From: an uncultured Actinomycetes bacterium
Lineage (GTDB): Bacteria; Actinomycetota; Acidimicrobiia; IMCC26256; PALSA-610
Length of the DNA stretch: 64,000 nucleotides
Direction of reading: 5' to 3'
Assembly (NCBI GenBank): GCA_963729375.1
Contig: CAVSNP010000008.1
Span: forward strand, 60,540-124,539
Shown here: piece after piece, positions 59,847-64,000 of the stretch
How positions within the stretch are numbered: the first letter of the stretch is position 1
How the letters are laid out: the number at the start of each line of letters is the position of its first letter
The notes under the pieces: generated by a model
Databases searched by the model: none
Told to the model about the DNA's origin: nothing
What the model saw: the letters and a program-made list of their open reading frames with translations, nothing else
Position numbers and translations under genes: made by a program

Positions 59847-60586
59847 CGCACCGCGCTCTTCTCGGCGCCGAATCCTGCGATCACCGCGCTGTGCGTCGTG
59901 TCCTCGACGACCAGGCCGTCACGCAGCCGGATGAGCCGTCGAGCCCGCGCCGCGACGTCGGGTTCGTGCGTGATCATGACCACAGTGCGGCCCTCTTCGT
60001 TCAGCCCCTCGAACAGTTCGAGCACCTCGCCGGTGGACACGCTGTCCAGCGCCCCGGTGGGCTCATCGGCGAGGATCATGGCCGGATCCGTTGCGATCGC
60101 GCGCGCGATCGCAACGCGCTGCTGCTGACCTCCGGAGAGCTGATTCGGGAGCGCGTCACCGCGGTGACCGAGGCCCACTTTGACGAGGGCAGCGAGTCCG
60201 CGCTCTTGACGCTCTTCCTTGCGCACGTTGGCGTACACCATCGGGAGTTCGACGTTGGCGAACGCCGAGGTACGCGGGATCAGGTTGAAGCTCTGGAACA
60301 CGAACCCGATCTTGCGGTTCCGCACGACCGACAGCGCAAAATCGTCGAGCCTCGAGACGTCCATGCCGTCGAGCAGGTATCGGCCGGAAGTCGGCACGTC
60401 GAGACATCCGAGAATGTGCATGAGGGTGCTCTTGCCGCTCCCCGACGCACCCATGATGGCGACATACCCGCCCTGGAAAATATCGAGGCTAACGCCGCGC
60501 AGCGCACGGACCTCCGTATCGCCTTCTCCGTAGAACTTCGTGATGTCGCGGATCGCGATGACAGGATGATCGGTTGCCATCGTCAT
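59843..60586 (-). CDS. ABC transporter ATP-binding protein (MacB/LolD type)
   Basis: Walker A 'GASGSGKST', signature '[14 protein letters not shown]', Walker B '[11 protein letters not shown]'. There are 4-nt overlaps with both neighbouring genes. Confidence 0.92.
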   Translation of the reverse strand: MTMATDHPVIAIRDITKFYGEGDTEVRALRGVSLDIFQGGYVAIMGASGSGKSTLMHILGCLDVPTSGRYLLDGMDVSRLDDFALSVVRNRKIGFVFQSFNLIPRTSAFANVELPMVYANVRKEERQERGLAALVKVGLGHRGDALPNQLSGGQQQRVAIARAIATDPAMILADEPTGALDSVSTGEVLELFEGLNEEGRTVVMITHEPDVAARARRLIRLRDGLVVEDTTHSAVIAGFGAEKSAVR

Positions 60587-62409
60587 CCGCCGCCGCGGCC
60601 ACCGCCGCCACCGCCGAAGCCGCCACCGCCACCGCCGAGGCCGCCGCCCAGGCCGCCGCCGCCGAAGCGCCCGAGGATCGAACTCGATCCTGTCGAAGCG
60701 GTCGAGGTCTCCACGACCTGGTCGCCGACATTGAGTCCGCTGATGATCTGCACCGCATTGTCACCACGCAGCCCGATCGTGATCAGCTTCGAACTGACGG
60801 TCCCATCCTTGGCCTTGACGGTCACGGTCTCGGTCGTGCCCGTCGTGGACACGGCCGAAGTCGGCAATGTGATCGCGTCGTTGACGTTCTGGAGCACGAC
60901 GTTGACCGACGCCGTCATGCCCGGCTTCACTCCGGTGGGCCGGGTGTCGAACGAGATCACCGCGTAATAGGTGACGACGTTGCTCACGAGCGTCGAGTCG
61001 GTGTCGAGTTCGATCACGTGGCCGGTGAACGTCTGATTCGGCAGCGCGTCGAGGGTGATCGTCGCGGCCTGTCCGACGTGCACGTTCGGCGCATCGGTCT
61101 CGGTGAAACCGACCTTGACCTCGAGGAGGTTCACGTCAGTCAGCTCGATGAACGCCGAACCCGACGATGACGAAGCAGAAGAAGACGACGCACCCGACGA
61201 TGCACCCGACGATGCGCTCGAGCCGCCCGATGATGATGACGACGACGATCCGCCGCCGCTCCCCGACTGCTGACCGACGAGGCCGTTCACGGCCGCGACG
61301 ACACCGGCGACCGGGGCGCGTAGCGTCGTCTCGCTCTCGTTCTTCTGCGCGGTTTGGAACTGAGCCTGAGCCGCGACGATCGACGCCTGCGCCTCAGCGA
61401 GCTGCTCCGGCTTCGGCGGTTCTTCCTTGACGGCGTTGCCCACCAACGTCGTCTGGTACTGGGTCTGCGCGGTCGTGAGTTGATCTTGTGCCTTCTGTAT
61501 CGACTGCTGGTCCTGCATCTCGCCGCTCGACTGCTCCTGCTCCGCGCTCGTCAGCGCGGCTTGCGCTTGCGTCACAGCACTTTGGGCTTGGGACACGCTC
61601 GACTGCGCCGACTGCACGCTCTTGACGAAGTTCAGGAGGTTGGAAGCCTGCGCGCAGGTGACGCCGTCGTAGCTGGTAATGGTCGCCGCGGGGGTCGCGT
61701 CGAGCGATTGCGACTGACCGGACGTGGTGCCGCAGTGGACCTGAACGATTTCGTACCGCGTCGTCAATGCGTCAGTTGACGCTCCGATCGGATGTCCAGG
61801 GTCAGCCGTCGACTGCAGTGTGGACAGCGCACTCTCGGCCTGGCCGACGCCGGTCTGCGCCGATGTCACATTCGCCTGCGCGGAGGTGAGCGCCTGCTGC
61901 GCCTGCGCGACGGAAGCTTGGAACTTCGTCGAGTCGCTGGCCGCCAGCTGCTGGGCGTCGGTGACGCCCTGCTGCGCCTGGGTGATGCCTTGACTGGCCG
62001 AGACGGCGCCCATCGCGTCTTGCTCTCGTTCGATCGGCGTCTCGCCGCGTATCAAGCCGGCAAGGCTGGCCTGCGCCGATACGAGGCCAGCTTGCGCGGA
62101 CGCGAGTGACATTCTGTCTGCGGTGTCGTCGACGGTGGCCAGCGCCTGATTCGCCACGACGTGCTGGCCGACCGACACCAGAACGGAGGTGACCTGGCCG
62201 GACTGCTGAAACGACAGCGACAGATCCGTCGGCGCCTCGACGTTGCCTGTCGACGTCACGCTCGACAACACGTTGGCTCGGGTCGCCGTCGCGTAGATCT
62301 GTGTCGTCGACGCCGAACTCTTCGTCGAATGGACGGTGAAGTACGTCCCGACCGCCGCCGCGACCACGACGAGCGCGAGGATCCCGTTCACGAAGAGCCG
62401 CTTGCGCAT
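60583..62409 (-). CDS. HlyD/MacA-type periplasmic adaptor with long coiled coil, Ser/Gly insert and poly-Gly tail
   Basis: TM anchor 'GILALVVVAAAVG'. Gln/Ala-rich coiled coil. Insert 'GSGGGSSSSSSSGGSSASSGASSGASSSSASSSSGS'. Beta-barrel/MP domains. Tail '[29 protein letters not shown]'. Confidence 0.85.
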   Translation of the reverse strand: MRKRLFVNGILALVVVAAAVGTYFTVHSTKSSASTTQIYATATRANVLSSVTSTGNVEAPTDLSLSFQQSGQVTSVLVSVGQHVVANQALATVDDTADRMSLASAQAGLVSAQASLAGLIRGETPIEREQDAMGAVSASQGITQAQQGVTDAQQLAASDSTKFQASVAQAQQALTSAQANVTSAQTGVGQAESALSTLQSTADPGHPIGASTDALTTRYEIVQVHCGTTSGQSQSLDATPAATITSYDGVTCAQASNLLNFVKSVQSAQSSVSQAQSAVTQAQAALTSAEQEQSSGEMQDQQSIQKAQDQLTTAQTQYQTTLVGNAVKEEPPKPEQLAEAQASIVAAQAQFQTAQKNESETTLRAPVAGVVAAVNGLVGQQSGSGGGSSSSSSSGGSSASSGASSGASSSSASSSSGSAFIELTDVNLLEVKVGFTETDAPNVHVGQAATITLDALPNQTFTGHVIELDTDSTLVSNVVTYYAVISFDTRPTGVKPGMTASVNVVLQNVNDAITLPTSAVSTTGTTETVTVKAKDGTVSSKLITIGLRGDNAVQIISGLNVGDQVVETSTASTGSSSILGRFGGGGLGGGLGGGGGGFGGGGGGRGGG

Positions 62410-62492
62410 GTCACCTCACCGGTTCTTGAGCGCTGATTCGATTGGACGCGACCGGACCGGGCTGCTGATGGGCTGATCAGCAGGCGGACTCG

Positions 62493-63093
62493 TCAGCCGG
62501 CTGCTGCTGTCGTGGTCGTCGTCGCGCCGCGGGCAGGCAGCAACGGCGCGCAGATCTTGCTCGCGGCCGCGTAATGGGGATCGCTGCGCAGGCCGCGTAG
62601 CCCGGCCCCAAAGCCTCGGAAGCCGGAACCTCCTGCACCTGCGGGCGTCGAGGTCGTGGTCGGTACCTTGACACCGTTTTGGCTCAAGCACGACGTGTAC
62701 GCCTTGATCTGGGTTGCGCTCGCACCGCCGGCGAACCCGCCGCGGCCGAACCCACCGGTGGGCATGAGCGAACGGCATGCGCTGAACGCCGCCTGGTCCG
62801 CAGCCGGCAGTCCGCCACCACCACCGAAGAAGCCGCCGCCGCGCGCACCGCTCCCGCCGCACGCCGCGCGCACCGCTGCCGCCGCGCCGCCCGCCACCGA
62901 ATCCGCCTGGGAGGGTCACGCCGTGCTGCTTGAGGCACGCCGTGAAGGCCGCGAAGCCTCCGGCGCCGGACCCGCCGGCGACGGCCGTCGACGAGGGAGT
63001 CGTGGCCGCGGTGTTCGCTTTGGAGCTGCCACCGCAGGCGGCGAGGGCGACCGCGGCCAGGACCGCGATGATGGGGACGGAGAGTTTTCTCAA
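62493..63093 (-). pseudogene. lipoprotein with repeated Cys motif and Gly/Phe tracts, frameshifted (first gene of the ABC operon)
   Basis: From TTG 63093: 'RKLSVPIIAVLAAVALAACGGSSK...FAAFTACLKQHGVTLP'. Then in another frame (shift ~62895): '...GGGFFGGGGGLPAADQAAFSACRSLMPTGGFGRGGFAGG...IKAYTSCLSQNGVKVP...AASKICAPLLP'. Confidence 0.55.
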
Positions 63094-63188
63094 GGTACGT
63101 AGCAGACCACAGAAAACTCGGAGCGAGCGCGGTTTCGCATGTGGATCTCCTGTGAACCCGGGCGAATGTCGCGTTCCGCACCAGGAAG

Positions 63189-63985
63189 TCACGCAGAGCG
63201 GTATTCTTCGAAGCCGGATGTCGTCACGACGGCTCCCGAGTCGGTGATGGCCAAGGCTTGCGTGTCGGAGCGGCCGGCCAGCCACGGCGCCGCGATCGAC
63301 CCGACGGCGACCGCCGCGGTGGCGAGCGCATCCGCGATCGCGAGGTCGGACCCGACGACCGTGGCCGACATCAGCCCCTGCGCCGGCCGCCGGCTGCGGG
63401 GATCGATGACGTGGTCGCCCCGTTCAGCCCGACCCGAGGTCGCTACCGCCCCGCTCGTGACGCAGACGACGTCGGCGACGCGGTCGGGGCGCCAGGGGTG
63501 CTGAATGCCGATCCGCCATGGCCGGTCATCGCCGACCCCTCCGCGCACGACGACGTCGCCTCCGGCGTTGAGCGCAAGGCGTGAGACGCCACCGTCTGCG
63601 AGTCGGTCGACGGCTCGTTCGAGCGCCCAGCCTTTGACCAGACCGGACGGGTCAAGCGGCGCGAGCCCAGGGCGGGGTTCGATCTCTGCGTCGGCGCCGA
63701 CCGCAATGTCGAACGCGCCGCAGGTCGCATGTTTCATCTGCTCACAGCCGCGAGTACCTCGCGCACGTCGGGGCTTGCACGCGCGACGGTCAAGTCCCCC
63801 CGTCCGATTCGACTGATCTCGCTGTCGGCGCGCCAGGTGCTGAACAGGTCGTCGACCCGTTGGAACCAACCGAAGACGTCGTCGATGACGGCCGGGTCGA
63901 CGGGATCGAGCACGAACAGGCTGATCATGGTTCCCCACATCGGCTCGACCCGACGCGTCGCACGATCGGCGGTCTTGCGACTCAT
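63189..63985 (-). pseudogene. apbE: FAD:protein FMN transferase (ApbE family), frameshifted
   Basis: 'VEPMWGTMISLFVLDP...STWRADSEISRIGRGDL...VREVLAA' (ORF 63734-63985) continues as 'CEQMKHATCGAFDIAVGA...DPSGLVKGWALERAVD...GAVATSG' (ORF 63189-63938). The shift is at ~63740. Confidence 0.75.
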
Positions 63986-64000
63986 AGTCCGGCCTGATCG

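Noticed and set aside
59891-61170. Plus-strand ORFs containing a long poly-Pro run ('PPPRPPPPPPKPPPPPPRPPPRPPPP')
   Set aside because: This is the antisense reading of the poly-Gly tail of the HlyD adaptor and of the ABC ATPase gene.
1-64000. rRNA genes, transposases/IS elements, CRISPR-Cas, or prophage structural genes
   Set aside because: No sequence or translation in the window resembles these. The only mobility genes are the two degraded tyrosine recombinases.

Overview
GC-rich (roughly two-thirds G+C by eye, not computed) actinobacterial-type chromosomal segment. It holds about 60 recognisable protein genes and one complete tRNA-Arg(CCT). I saw no rRNA, CRISPR array or transposase.

Content falls into three groups:
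- Ordinary genes: signal peptidase I, ClC channel, MntP, GT39 glycosyltransferase, P450, amidohydrolase, MOSC, MarR/LysR regulators.
- An unusual density of large secreted repeat proteins: a 7-blade RCC1-like protein; an FG-GAP propeller fused to six 42-aa 'GYWLV' blades; an S53 sedolisin-like peptidase and an alpha/beta-hydrolase-like protein that share a C-terminal double FN3 module; a beta-helix lipoprotein; two PHB-depolymerase-family esterases.
- A five-gene MacAB-like ABC export operon in which three proteins carry Gly/Phe-rich tracts.

The tRNA-Arg gene appears occupied on both sides by decayed integrative islands. One is ~3.2 kb, bounded by an exact 38-nt copy of the tRNA 5' half, and carries AbiEi/AbiEii plus a frameshifted integrase. 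The other is a putative ~8.6 kb island bounded by a diverged T-arm/acceptor copy, with an internally deleted integrase and a HigB-like/XRE pair at the far end.

The most pervasive signal is gene disruption. About twenty otherwise family-typical genes are split by single-base frameshifts, an in-frame stop or an internal deletion, while the longest ORFs are intact.

All functional calls rest on motif recognition in the supplied translations and on my own hand translation of junctions. No database search or computation was possible.
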